Shown: positions 30,252 through 40,230, counted from the first letter of the stretch. The stretch is 64,000 nt of DNA from a virus (IMGVR_UViG_3300042923_001459:32001-96000); one strand, 5' to 3'. Notes: generated from the sequence alone by a model not told the origin. Numbers and translations: made by a program.

Positions 30252-32406
30252 TTTTATCACCCTTATCCCTATAATCTTTTCTTTCAATACTTTTCTTAAA
30301 CTTCTTTTTCTCTTTTGCTGGTAACCAATCAAATAAATCTTTAGCAATTTGTTTTTCATGTTCATCATATTGACGCGCTATTAAATCATCATTATATGCA
30401 GTTTCAGGGATATTTCCCTTATCGACTTCTTCTTTAAATACATATTCTGCTATAGGGTTTGCAAAAACTTGAGCAACTGGCCAATCCATAAAATCTTGCT
30501 TGTAAATTTCTCCAAACTTCTCATATAATTTCTTGCCAATTCCATAACCTCTGTACTCACTATTCACAAGAACGTTGTTTACATATAACATTTCATCATA
30601 ATGCTTGTTTTCAAGAGAAGTATGAACATCTTTAGCTGTTACATTATGAAATTCTGAAAAGTGCATGTAACCAATTTGAGAACCATAATAATCACAATAA
30701 ATTTCGTGATCAACTACATGATCTGCTCCATTCTTGTTTTCTTCTCTTGGGATATTTTGAACATCAATTTCTATGTGATTCCATTCAATGTCTGGTTTAT
30801 CATCTTTTTTTTCTTCACCATCATATGAGTCAGAAACATAATTAACTGCATTTTCTTTTTTGAGCAATCTTTTTGTCAATTTAGCCCAAGTCTCAGGGCC
30901 CTTTAAATTGTCTGGAAGTTTATTTCTTAAATCGGTTATTGTTTGTGAATCATAATTTTTATAATCCCTAGTGATCATTGGTTCAGTTAATGCTGATTCT
31001 GGCACAAAACCTTTTGAAACTGAATTTCTAAAAGCGTATTCAGCTACTGGATTCATAAAATGCCTTTCAACAGGCCAACCATTAAACTTTTCACTATAAA
31101 TTTCTCCAAATTTTTTGTAAATTTCATACGCTAGACCTTGATTTTGATATTTTGGATCAACCTCAAGTTGAATAATTTCAATATATTTTCCATTAGTATC
31201 AGCAGTGAAGGCTAAGAATCCAGCGTGATCACCATTTACAAGCAAAGTAATGTCATTTGTTGAACTAGTTCCCCAATCTTCAAAGAAATAGGTTGTTTCA
31301 ATATTTTGTTCCTCTGATTTTCTAATCATACGAAGTCTTTTAATTTTTGACCATGTTTCAGGACCTTGAACATGTTCTGGTAACTTATTGCGTAAATCTT
31401 TTGCTAGATTTCTTTCAGTATCGGTATATACTCTTGCAATGTCATCTTCTTGTAATGCTTCTTGGGGAACCCAACCTAATCCAACAGCTTTTCTAAATGA
31501 ATATTCTGCTATAGGGTTAATAAAAAAACGTTTAACTTTTGTGCCCATATATTTTTGTGAGTAAATATTTCCAAATTCTTTATACAATAATTGCCCAATT
31601 CCTAAATTTCGATATTTATCATCAACGTCTACTGAATCAATTTCAATATGATTATCGCTTCCGACTATTTTAAAGTCCATTTCTCCAACTTTTTGTCCAT
31701 TCAATTTAGCGGTAATGTAATTATGATAATTCCAATTGGAGAATTCAAATTGTATATTTCTTAAATCAACTTTTTCTTCTTCAGCTGTTTTTAGAAGTTT
31801 AATTTTTTTCAGTCTTGATTGAATTTCTGGACCACGATATTGTTCTGGCAATTTTTGTCTTAAATCTTGCCAAAGTTGTGTTCTATTATCGTTTTCATCT
31901 AGTGGTTTATTGTATCCTCTATTGATATATTGTTCAGTTAACGCATTTTCACTAATTAATCCATTTGCAACCGCTTTTCTAAATGAATATTCTGCGACTG
32001 GATTTACAAAGTATCTAGCAACAGGCCAACCGTTGAATTGTTCATTGTAGATTTTTCCAAACTCTTCATATATCTTATAGCCAATTCCAGCCTGTCTATA
32101 TTCTTCGTTTACTTCAACATTGTTTACATATAAAGCACGATCAACAATATTGTAGTCATCTGGACCTGGCTCTCTTTCCATCAATATCTCATATGGAACG
32201 TTCTCAACATCTATGAAATCCATGTATCCAACTTGTGTTCCGCTTATTGTAGTAATTGTAATTTTATGTTGATTCATTGAGGTGACACCAAATTCTGATT
32301 GAGCATCTGCGAATTCATCAGAAACTCTCACCATATGATTCACTGCTAGATTACGTAAATCATCACCTGTATCTGATGCTTTTTTTTCCATCATCCTATA
32401 GTCCAT
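30244..32406 (-). CDS. four-unit tandem GNAT acetyltransferase-like protein
   Basis: Motif A YRQAGIG, YRNLGIG, YQNQGLA, YRGYGIG; conserved NP(V/I)AEY blocks. Confidence 0.8.
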   Translation of the reverse strand: MDYRMMEKKASDTGDDLRNLAVNHMVRVSDEFADAQSEFGVTSMNQHKITITTISGTQVGYMDFIDVENVPYEILMEREPGPDDYNIVDRALYVNNVEVNEEYRQAGIGYKIYEEFGKIYNEQFNGWPVARYFVNPVAEYSFRKAVANGLISENALTEQYINRGYNKPLDENDNRTQLWQDLRQKLPEQYRGPEIQSRLKKIKLLKTAEEEKVDLRNIQFEFSNWNYHNYITAKLNGQKVGEMDFKIVGSDNHIEIDSVDVDDKYRNLGIGQLLYKEFGNIYSQKYMGTKVKRFFINPIAEYSFRKAVGLGWVPQEALQEDDIARVYTDTERNLAKDLRNKLPEHVQGPETWSKIKRLRMIRKSEEQNIETTYFFEDWGTSSTNDITLLVNGDHAGFLAFTADTNGKYIEIIQLEVDPKYQNQGLAYEIYKKFGEIYSEKFNGWPVERHFMNPVAEYAFRNSVSKGFVPESALTEPMITRDYKNYDSQTITDLRNKLPDNLKGPETWAKLTKRLLKKENAVNYVSDSYDGEEKKDDKPDIEWNHIEIDVQNIPREENKNGADHVVDHEIYCDYYGSQIGYMHFSEFHNVTAKDVHTSLENKHYDEMLYVNNVLVNSEYRGYGIGKKLYEKFGEIYKQDFMDWPVAQVFANPIAEYVFKEEVDKGNIPETAYNDDLIARQYDEHEKQIAKDLFDWLPAKEKKKFKKSIERKDYRDKGDKNE

Positions 32407-32987
32407 TGTTCCTCCGCCTTTTTAAAGTTTTGGCCCCGCGAGTTTGAGACCCTGAAGTCTGAGCCCACATCCATTAGTCTTATTCTATATACTTTTTCTT
32501 TATTTCTAAATTCTATTTATTTTAGCTTTTTTCCACAATTCACCCTTTTAGCCTTGATGCACTCCACGCGAGCGAGCTGAAAGCGAAGCGAGAGGCCGGA
32601 GGCCTGGGGTATTTTGAGTCTCGGGACTCGCGATAGAAGAAAGAGTAGAAAGACAGCTTTATTGTCTCCCTTAAGGTTACATGTTTATTATACAAAGTTC
32701 TGATCGAGACAGTAAAAATGGCCGCTTTCGCGGCCAAAAGTTTATTTTTTCTTGTTGTAAAAAAATTGTGTCGTTGAAATAATTCCACCAAAGCAAAAAG
32801 ATAAAACAAGCAATGGCTCAATTTGTAAAACGCTGCCTAGAACACAAACAGTAGCTACGGCGCTAAAAGCGCTAAATGAATCAAATCCTTGCAGCAAACC
32901 GGATAATTTGAGCATTTTCAATATCCCCTTCTAAGGTTCTTTATAAATTCTATACAGAAAAGCATATTTTTTTATTACATATTTTAA

Positions 32988-33255
32988 AAAAAGACCAATA
33001 GAACTTAACAGGCATAATCGGGTCTATAGATAAAACTGAAAACTTTACTTCAGCTATCTATAGAAAAACTAATTGATCTATCTATAGATAAAATGAAAAG
33101 TATTCTATAGACATAATAGTTAAAGCCTGAATAGTTCTATCGGTCTTTTTGTTCTTTCTATCTATAGGTTAAAACGAGCTATCTATAGATAAAGGAGCAT
33201 AGTCTATTCTATAGATAAAATTGTTTGATCTATCTATAGAATCTATCTATAGTAG
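32988..33255. repeat. cluster of CTATAG / TATCTATAGATA palindromes with an 18-bp inverted repeat, putative replication origin
   Basis: About nine CTATAG copies at 33023-33255; AAAAAGACCAATAGAACT (32988-33005) versus AGTTCTATCGGTCTTTTT (33133-33150). Confidence 0.6.
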
Positions 33256-33264
33256 AAAATTTAT

Positions 33265-33630
33265 CTATTCTGATTTACTATCTAATAATTCCTTAAGTTG
33301 TGTAGGAAGTATCTTATGGCTCCATAGTTCTATAGCTCGTCTAACCGCCTTTGTCTTTAATTTATTCTCGGTTAAATGTATTTGTGTTTCCCATGAATTA
33401 CCTAACATTGCTATTACTACTGGTGGTTTCTTTACTACAGTGCTGTACGTATGGATTAGTTCTCTTGTTGCGGGGAGGGCTTCTTCTCCCCCGGCCATTG
33501 TCTCATAGAGTCTTACTTCTACCAGTGCTATCTTGCCAAAAATCCATTCTGGATCCTGCTCTATTCTAACATCCATTTCATATTCATAGAAATCGTTTAT
33601 CTTCTCTAAGATGTTCTTTACCATTTCCAC
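33265..33630 (-). CDS. hypothetical protein
   Basis: RBS-like AGGATGAG; ORF in orientation. Confidence 0.6.
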   Translation of the reverse strand: MEMVKNILEKINDFYEYEMDVRIEQDPEWIFGKIALVEVRLYETMAGGEEALPATRELIHTYSTVVKKPPVVIAMLGNSWETQIHLTENKLKTKAVRRAIELWSHKILPTQLKELLDSKSE

Positions 33631-33838
33631 CTCATCTCCTATCTAGATTGATTATTATTTAGTTTTCTGGGTCTATCTGATGAAGGTTTTATTATGTCTT
33701 CAGATATTTTATATGTTTTCTATTTAATTTGATTTCTATTTGGTTCTTTAGTTGCGGGAGAAAGGAAAAGAGGACTCCTATTGGAGCCCTCGCCTGTTGA
33801 TTCCATTCTGCTATCTATAGATAGTTCTATAGGAATTC

Positions 33839-34471
33839 TTATTGGATTACCCTGCGAGCGTTTACAAATTTATTTCTCCAGTACGAACCTGAAGCGAAAG
33901 TAATGTAATTGATTTTGGCTGTAGGATTATTTGTATGAAGCATTATATCCTTGTCAATATACATTCCTACGTGGTTGATTACTCCATCACCATTTGTGTC
34001 AAAAAATAGTAAATCTCCCGTACGTAATTCATCAAGCTCTACTACTTGACCATAAACTGCTTGACGACGACTATCCCATGGGAGTTGTATTCCGATAGCT
34101 TTATCAAAACACCATTGCATTAGATCAGAACAATCGAAATCATTGTCGTTTGTTCTGCTTGAGCCATAAACATAAGGAGTGTTGATAATATTTCCATCAG
34201 CATCTCTTCTATTCATGTAAAACTCAATTTTAGCTATTACTAATTTTGCTTTTTCTAACCATTCCGGAATAAATTCCTCCACGTATTGTGATAATGAAGT
34301 AATGTAACCAACCGTTCCGTCCATCAATTTAGCATAATAGAAAGTTTTTCCTTCTACGTTGCTTAAAACTTGTAATTCTGTGCCTGCAGGGAGTGTTTTA
34401 ATAACATTATTCGCAACTACTGGGTCTTTTCTAAAGTTGACTGAAGTTTTTGTGCGTATAAATTTTTCCAT
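33839..34471 (-). CDS. SH3b + NlpC/P60 peptidoglycan endopeptidase
   Basis: SVNFRKDP...GTVGYI (SH3b); FDCSDLM, GDLLFF, HVGMY (NlpC/P60). Confidence 0.9.
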   Translation of the reverse strand: MEKFIRTKTSVNFRKDPVVANNVIKTLPAGTELQVLSNVEGKTFYYAKLMDGTVGYITSLSQYVEEFIPEWLEKAKLVIAKIEFYMNRRDADGNIINTPYVYGSSRTNDNDFDCSDLMQWCFDKAIGIQLPWDSRRQAVYGQVVELDELRTGDLLFFDTNGDGVINHVGMYIDKDIMLHTNNPTAKINYITFASGSYWRNKFVNARRVIQ

Positions 34472-34571
34472 AAGAATTCCCCCGTACTATCATATTAAGG
34501 ACATTATTAGTATCCTCATAATAAAAGTACAACTAGTACTTTTTATGATAATAAGAGGGAATTGTTAAATA

Positions 34572-35054
34572 TTACCAATTTATTTTTTTTAATTGTTTAA
34601 GTTTATCAAAATGTTTTTCTATGTCTGAAAGTTTTACATCCTTCTTTACGATAATTCCATTTATCTTTAAAAAGGCTGTTCTTTCTCCATAGAGCGGAAA
34701 TTCTTCATAAGCTTCAAATTCTATAGCAAACGACTGATCAAATATTACAATTACTGTTTCGCGAAATTCACTTTCATTATTATTAAATAAAAATTCCACT
34801 AAACCGGGAACCATTTTATCCAACTCATCCTTAACGCTGTATTCACACCATGTTGTTTCATAAGCTAATTGAAAGTTCATTTTATTAAGAGCTATCAGTA
34901 TTTCTTTGATATTCTCTGGGTGCGGTTCTGATTTTGTTCTAAAGTACGAAACACGTCCATATAACGGGTAATATTTGAAATCATAGCTTTTTATGAATTC
35001 TTCTCCGCTAGTTCTTATTAACTTTAACATCTTTATCCTACCTTTCATGGTCAT
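34572..35054 (-). CDS. hypothetical protein (start possibly 35030)
   Basis: Operon member. Confidence 0.6.
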   Translation of the reverse strand: MTMKGRIKMLKLIRTSGEEFIKSYDFKYYPLYGRVSYFRTKSEPHPENIKEILIALNKMNFQLAYETTWCEYSVKDELDKMVPGLVEFLFNNNESEFRETVIVIFDQSFAIEFEAYEEFPLYGERTAFLKINGIIVKKDVKLSDIEKHFDKLKQLKKINW

Positions 35055-35481
35055 AGATAGCTGGTTGCATATCTATAAGGAATTGTTGTAGATGATCTGG
35101 ACTATCTATAGATACTTCTATAAATCTTTCTCCCTGCTTACCGTCAAATGTGACCTTTCTTTTGTAATTCTTTAGTGGCGCGTATCTACTTGTGTTTAAT
35201 TTAAAAGCTTTTTCATCTATTTCTGCAACTATTTCCTTTGTGAGCATATTATGTTTAAATCTGATGATTGTTTTCATTTGAAAACTAAATCGATTTTCCC
35301 TTATGTATTTTCTTATGCAGTATGTGTGCTTAAAGGAATTTACCGATGCTCTTTCAACTTTTGGTTTGTAATGGAATTTATCTGCCAGTCCTGCTAATTC
35401 ATTAAGTATGAAAAATGCATCTATGGTTTCTTCCACCATTGTTCTTTTGGGATGTGTTTCTGTTATCATTCCTTTAGCCAC
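35038..35481 (-). CDS. shared-helix family protein (VEETIDAFFILNELAG)
   Basis: N-terminal motif; overlapping operon. Confidence 0.65.
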   Translation of the reverse strand: MAKGMITETHPKRTMVEETIDAFFILNELAGLADKFHYKPKVERASVNSFKHTYCIRKYIRENRFSFQMKTIIRFKHNMLTKEIVAEIDEKAFKLNTSRYAPLKNYKRKVTFDGKQGERFIEVSIDSPDHLQQFLIDMQPAIYDHER

Positions 35482-35939
35482 CTACTTATAATTGGTAAAA
35501 TTTTCTGCAGATCTTCTATGCTTCTTAGTGTGCACACCATGATTCTTTTTCCCGGTTCCTTATTCTCATTATAAGATACGTCTGGCATAGTGAATCCAAA
35601 TTGGGCCAAATCTGGTTCATTTTCAACAACTATACCTAATGGTTCCTCATTTATTAAGCAATCTATCATTGTAATGTACTCTCTGACACTAAAACCAGCC
35701 TGTAGAAAATTACTAAATCCCTCTCCACGTCTGATGCACCAAGAATGAGTATTATCATGTATCAATTGCCCACCGGTAATTTTTATATCTCTTGTCATAA
35801 GTTCAAGTACTCTATATGATTCCATAGTTTCATTGAAGTCTTTAATTAATTTATGATAGCAATTTACGTGAAACTCCCATGCTTCTTTCGAGCTTATAAA
35901 GTCGTTCAATAATGGTTGATCTATATTGTTTTCCATCAT
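35466..35939 (-). CDS. shared-helix family protein (FNETMESYRVLELMT)
   Basis: RBS GAGGAGG; promoter upstream. Confidence 0.65.
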   Translation of the reverse strand: MMENNIDQPLLNDFISSKEAWEFHVNCYHKLIKDFNETMESYRVLELMTRDIKITGGQLIHDNTHSWCIRRGEGFSNFLQAGFSVREYITMIDCLINEEPLGIVVENEPDLAQFGFTMPDVSYNENKEPGKRIMVCTLRSIEDLQKILPIISRWLKE

Positions 35940-35957
35940 TTATCCTCCTCATTATAT

Positions 35958-36006
35958 CCTTATATATATATTATATCACATTCTTTTCATTTTGTAAACA
36001 AAAAAA
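35958..36006 (-). promoter_or_regulatory. sigmaA-type early promoter, same class as the 42-64 kb array
   Basis: Minus strand TTTACA-N17-TATAAT with TGTG extension. Confidence 0.75.
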
Positions 36007-36042
36007 GAAGGTTTACCCTTCTTTATCTAGGAATTGTTGATA

Positions 36043-36450
36043 TTAAATAATTTTGTCTATCACGCTTAAAAATATTTCAAATGATTTTGCATCATACAAC
36101 GTCCATATAACTGTGTTTCCAGCTACAGATATTTCGCTTTTACTATGTACATCGTAAATAGTTCGCGGAGTTATGTCATATTGTGTGTGCATTTTTAGAT
36201 CTTGATATTCTCTACTTGTCAGTAACTCATGCTCCATATAAATTCCATTTCTACTAACTACAATTTTTTGATCTTCCTCATATACAGAAATGTCGTAAAC
36301 TGTTCCACCTTTTTTTCTATGCAATGTGAATTTACCAATTTTTTTATCTGAAAGTACCTTTACCTCAACTGGGAATGGTTTGGTATCAGTAAGACATTTC
36401 ATCACTATATAATTATCAAGTATTTCGTTAATTTCTTCAATTAATGTCAT
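36043..36450 (-). CDS. shared-helix family protein (INEILDNYIVMKCLT)
   Basis: ATGA overlap; motif. Confidence 0.65.
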   Translation of the reverse strand: MTLIEEINEILDNYIVMKCLTDTKPFPVEVKVLSDKKIGKFTLHRKKGGTVYDISVYEEDQKIVVSRNGIYMEHELLTSREYQDLKMHTQYDITPRTIYDVHSKSEISVAGNTVIWTLYDAKSFEIFLSVIDKII

Positions 36451-36839
36451 CTAAAGACCACCCATTCCTTCATAATCTGATTTAAGAATATTGGAAGATG
36501 TTTTTCAGAAATATGAATTCTTATTGTCCTGCGTCCAACGCTGTAAGTATCATATTCCATTTTTCCAAAATGTTCATAATCACTTTCTATAATCATCCCA
36601 ACTTCGTTTTCATTAAATTGTGCGATATAACCCAACGTATCATATCTATAAAATACTCTTAAGGTGTATTCAAACGATTTTCTACCTTTTACATAATACG
36701 AAATCATGCAGCCTTGCGCATCACGCCACACATCTAATGCAAAAATACATCTACCTGTTAATTCCTTCATAACTATGAAACTTTCCATAGTATCGTGTAA
36801 TTCTTGCATTATTAGGTTATCATTTAACAATACACTCAT
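36447..36839 (-). CDS. shared-helix family protein (LHDTMESFIVMKELTG)
   Basis: ATGA overlap; motif. Confidence 0.65.
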   Translation of the reverse strand: MSVLLNDNLIMQELHDTMESFIVMKELTGRCIFALDVWRDAQGCMISYYVKGRKSFEYTLRVFYRYDTLGYIAQFNENEVGMIIESDYEHFGKMEYDTYSVGRRTIRIHISEKHLPIFLNQIMKEWVVFR

Positions 36840-37267
36840 GACATTTCCTCAATTGAAAAAGAATCAATTTTTGACAATACATCATGAAACATTTCAAACA
36901 TTCTATCTATATCTTTAGGTGTTACAGCTTCTTCGAACAGACCATACTTATCGCCTATATATTTTCTGAAATCTTGATTTTGACCGCAAGACCAAATCCT
37001 TGTAATTTTGTCAAATGACCAATCATCATTGTAAAGTACTAACATATTAATTTGTAAAAGATTTTCAAATTCTCTACAATAAAATGATATGCAATCCCTA
37101 AAAAAACTATCTGAATGAGAAACCGCTACTTCCCAATCTGCCATTTGTGCAGTAACCAACAAGATTTCCAACTTATCAACGAAATCATTAAGTGGTATTT
37201 TACTAGTGCTTAAATGATCATATTTTATAGGAGTCCATGTTCTATCAACTTCATATTCATAACTCAT
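36836..37267 (-). CDS. shared-helix family protein (FVDKLEILLVTAQMAD)
   Basis: Divergent motif; operon member. Confidence 0.6.
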   Translation of the reverse strand: MSYEYEVDRTWTPIKYDHLSTSKIPLNDFVDKLEILLVTAQMADWEVAVSHSDSFFRDCISFYCREFENLLQINMLVLYNDDWSFDKITRIWSCGQNQDFRKYIGDKYGLFEEAVTPKDIDRMFEMFHDVLSKIDSFSIEEMS

Positions 37268-37279
37268 AACTAAACCCCT

Positions 37280-37768
37280 TCACCGAATGTATTTCATGAT
37301 TTTTGAAATTAATTCCATTAGTTGATCAAAATTCTCAAAGCTTACCGATAATCTCTTTAGACCCTTAACATTAGTAAATGTATGATTTTCTCTAGTAATA
37401 TTTATCCAGTTGTATTCACTGAATTTATTTTCAATACTAACGCCAATTTTTCTTTCATCTATTGAAAAATTAAGAATCCCTGCATGTACCTCTATCATTA
37501 TAAAGTAAGAACTTAACATTGGTGTCATTGATCCATTATTATAAATCATCCATCTTTTCATCATTGCACTCTTATCCTTGCGTATATAAAGTAGCTTCTG
37601 AGTTGATAGCGCTCGGTTTACGTTGAGGGCATCCAAAAGTTCATCAATTTGTTCTTCCAATGTGACCCTCTCATTTCTGCTTATTTTTAATTTGAATGAA
37701 GGTACTTTGCCATTTTTCCATTGTCCCATTTTCCCCACTCTCCCAGCCGAAGGCTCGGGGCTCGGCAC
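37280..37768 (-). CDS. shared-helix family protein (IDELLDALNVNRALS)
   Basis: Motif; true start probably the internal MGQWK. Confidence 0.6.
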   Translation of the reverse strand: MPSPEPSAGRVGKMGQWKNGKVPSFKLKISRNERVTLEEQIDELLDALNVNRALSTQKLLYIRKDKSAMMKRWMIYNNGSMTPMLSSYFIMIEVHAGILNFSIDERKIGVSIENKFSEYNWINITRENHTFTNVKGLKRLSVSFENFDQLMELISKIMKYIR

Positions 37769-37849
37769 TCACGAATCTATCTTCAAGCTCTCTGTAGAAT
37801 TCCCTATAGTATTAAAACATTATGTTACATATTTATTATACTAAGTTTC

Positions 37850-38266
37850 TTACAACAAATAGAGAGGTTGAACTTTGACTAGAATGTCGTACACATCGCT
37901 AGGCTTATTTAGTTCGAAGAGGAATTCCCGTTCAAATCTCTCTAAAATCTCACCGATAGAACCAGCATAGTGAGCGTGCTTCCTCCCGCCTTCAACAAAT
38001 TTATATCTTTGCTTCAGCCATTCTATATTCTCTTCTCCAACGCTAAACTGGCTTACTTTCGTGTATATGCTACCATTAGGCCGTATGAAATCAAAAGACA
38101 ATGAGTCTCTTTGCCGTGATTTTGTCAATCTAATTGAAAAACTATATTTTGAGCTTTTTGGATCTGGGTACTCCGTAATTCTAACTGGTCTATTGTCAGT
38201 TAGGTTCCATCCTACAATGTAGGTTTCCATTTCCTCTCTAATTTGTGCAATCATGCTTTTAGCCAT
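37850..38266 (-). CDS. shared-helix family protein (IREEMETYIVGWNLTD)
   Basis: TAATG overlap; motif. Confidence 0.65.
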   Translation of the reverse strand: MAKSMIAQIREEMETYIVGWNLTDNRPVRITEYPDPKSSKYSFSIRLTKSRQRDSLSFDFIRPNGSIYTKVSQFSVGEENIEWLKQRYKFVEGGRKHAHYAGSIGEILERFEREFLFELNKPSDVYDILVKVQPLYLL

Positions 38267-38742
38267 TACAACTTCTCCACCCTTAGGAAAATTTTAAAGA
38301 ATTCTCTTATTTCATTAGGATCTTCAATCTTCATGAAGAAATCTCTATAGCCAGGTTTTTGTGATTGTCTATTGACTCTAAGATTAGCTTTATTCATGAT
38401 TGCTCTACATTTAGTTTTTAGGTTGATGCCAAAATGATCTTCTATTAGCCATAATTCTGATTCTACTCCATAGCGGTATCTATTCACCCTAATTTTCATG
38501 CAAGCTTGCCAATTTTGATAATATGATGGATGAGAACCTATGTAGTATGTTGAATCCTTCTGGTCTCCATGAATGTCACTTTTTGTCCAACAAACTTTCC
38601 CTTTCAAACCAGAAAGTTCTCTCAAAACATTTATTGAATCTACTTCTTCTTGTATGACTAATTCTAAGTTTGCACGCAATTCTCGTGTTTGTAGAATGTA
38701 CTTATCTAGCTCTTCTGGTGTCACCTTATTCACCTCATACAT
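38266..38742 (-). CDS. shared-helix family protein (IQEEVDSINVLRELSG)
   Basis: Motif. Confidence 0.65.
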   Translation of the reverse strand: MYEVNKVTPEELDKYILQTRELRANLELVIQEEVDSINVLRELSGLKGKVCWTKSDIHGDQKDSTYYIGSHPSYYQNWQACMKIRVNRYRYGVESELWLIEDHFGINLKTKCRAIMNKANLRVNRQSQKPGYRDFFMKIEDPNEIREFFKIFLRVEKL

Positions 38743-38811
38743 ATTTTATCCTTTTATCTATTTTATGCAATAAAAAAACCAGTTTTTACACTGGTTGATT
38801 AATATTTAACA

Positions 38812-39243
38812 TTACTTTCTCAACTTAGGTTCATCTCCAGCATCACAATATGTGCAATTGGATTTATCGCGGTCATATTTCAATGTATAACTTTCAGTTA
38901 TCCCGAAAGCAAGTGGTCCTTTATTTTTCTTTATTGTAAGATTAATTTTGTATCCCGGTAATTCGTTGTCTTCTGATAATTCCTTTGCTACAATCAATCC
39001 ATCAATGTAATCATCAATATGAATCCCTAAATCCATAGCTTCTCCTAAAGCCTTATCCCTACATTTCTCACAAGTTATACCATCATGCGACGTTTTATTA
39101 TGCCATTTACATAGCTTACACATATTAGCCTCATCCCATAGCTTTATATTTGTAAAATCTATTGGTTTTGAACCCAAAATACACCGTATATATTCCTCTT
39201 CCCTTGAAAAACTTTCACATGGGTCATTTAATTTCATTTGCAC
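38812..39243 (-). CDS. C4 zinc finger + shared helix (IDDYIDGLIVAKELSE)
   Basis: CKLC...CEKC. Confidence 0.65.
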   Translation of the reverse strand: MQMKLNDPCESFSREEEYIRCILGSKPIDFTNIKLWDEANMCKLCKWHNKTSHDGITCEKCRDKALGEAMDLGIHIDDYIDGLIVAKELSEDNELPGYKINLTIKKNKGPLAFGITESYTLKYDRDKSNCTYCDAGDEPKLRK

Positions 39244-39448
39244 TTTTCTTCAGCTCCTCAGCTACAACATATGCATCCGTAAAATCCTTCAGACTTATGT
39301 TTGTTACCTTTTCCCATTCCTTAAATATTTCCTCTAGACATTCAGAACATACTGTTGTCGTTGTGTGATCACCAGCCAAACTCGATATAAATGCTGTCGT
39401 GCAACATTGACAACTATACGCATACCATTTGCCATCGGATTCATTCAT
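39224..39448 (-). CDS. C4 zinc finger + shared helix (LKDFTDAYVVAEEL)
   Basis: CQCC...CSEC. Confidence 0.65.
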   Translation of the reverse strand: MNESDGKWYAYSCQCCTTAFISSLAGDHTTTTVCSECLEEIFKEWEKVTNISLKDFTDAYVVAEELKKSANEIK

Positions 39449-39641
39449 TTGAAATCTCCCTCATTACGATGTATGCATCTATAAATTCAAAAATGTTAGT
39501 CCTATCGTCAATATCATTTTTATACCATGCTGCTCTTATTTCTGCAAAACATGGCTCGCATAAACTCATTGCCAATTGGCTTTTACAACGCAATCCCCAT
39601 ACAAATCTTATATTGCAATTTCTACATGTACAAGCATACAT
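39441..39641 (-). CDS. C4 zinc finger + shared helix (IFEFIDAYIVMREIS)
   Basis: CRNC...CEPC. Confidence 0.65.
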   Translation of the reverse strand: MYACTCRNCNIRFVWGLRCKSQLAMSLCEPCFAEIRAAWYKNDIDDRTNIFEFIDAYIVMREISNE

Positions 39642-39883
39642 TATGATTCACCCAATTCCTCAGTTGCAATATAAGCATCCATGAATTCATCGTAATCCAA
39701 CAATTCTCTATTCTCTGCACATGCTTCATACCAAGCTGCTAAAGCATTTTCTTGACATGTTATGCAGATTTTCTTTTCTCGTATTCCCCAATCGTATTTT
39801 GAAAATTTTTTGCATATCTTACAATCAAACGCTTTTTCCATAATTTTATTTAATTCTTCTATATTTTTCTTTTTATCAATCAT
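39641..39883 (-). CDS. C4 zinc finger + shared helix (YDEFMDAYIATEELG)
   Basis: CKIC...CITC. Confidence 0.65.
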   Translation of the reverse strand: MIDKKKNIEELNKIMEKAFDCKICKKFSKYDWGIREKKICITCQENALAAWYEACAENRELLDYDEFMDAYIATEELGES

Positions 39884-40230
39884 TTTGCTTCTATCGACCT
39901 ACCTTCCGCACCAGACATTTCATTCATAACTTCAATGGCGTCCACCAAATCCTGTATCGTGCTATCACTATACCGCGGATTTGTCGCTATTACATTCTCC
40001 AGCTCTGCGTAGCAGTCGCGACAAATTTTATTGAGCTTATAGCTTTTCTTATCGCGGAATCCAACTAAGCACCTGCACGTTTTGCATTCTGGTGGAACTG
40101 CACTTTGCAGATGCTCTATCATTTTATCCGTTAAGATTCTTTCAATTTTCTTATGAACTTCCTTTTCGACTCGTCGTTTTTCCTTCCAATCCACTATCGC
40201 ATTTCTAATGCGTTTTAACATTTTCCTCAC
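39880..40230 (-). CDS. C4 zinc finger + shared helix (IQDLVDAIEVMNEMSG)
   Basis: CKTC...CRDC. Confidence 0.65.
   Translation of the reverse strand: MRKMLKRIRNAIVDWKEKRRVEKEVHKKIERILTDKMIEHLQSAVPPECKTCRCLVGFRDKKSYKLNKICRDCYAELENVIATNPRYSDSTIQDLVDAIEVMNEMSGAEGRSIEAK

Noticed and set aside
30252-30368. N-terminal extension of the 201-aa ORF, or a frameshift fusing the GNAT genes
   Set aside because: ATG at 30251 has its own RBS and overlaps the upstream gene end; I saw no need for, or clear signal of, programmed frameshifting.
32540-32821. 93-aa minus-strand ORF in the GC-rich patch
   Set aside because: No RBS and atypical composition; better explained as non-coding structured DNA.
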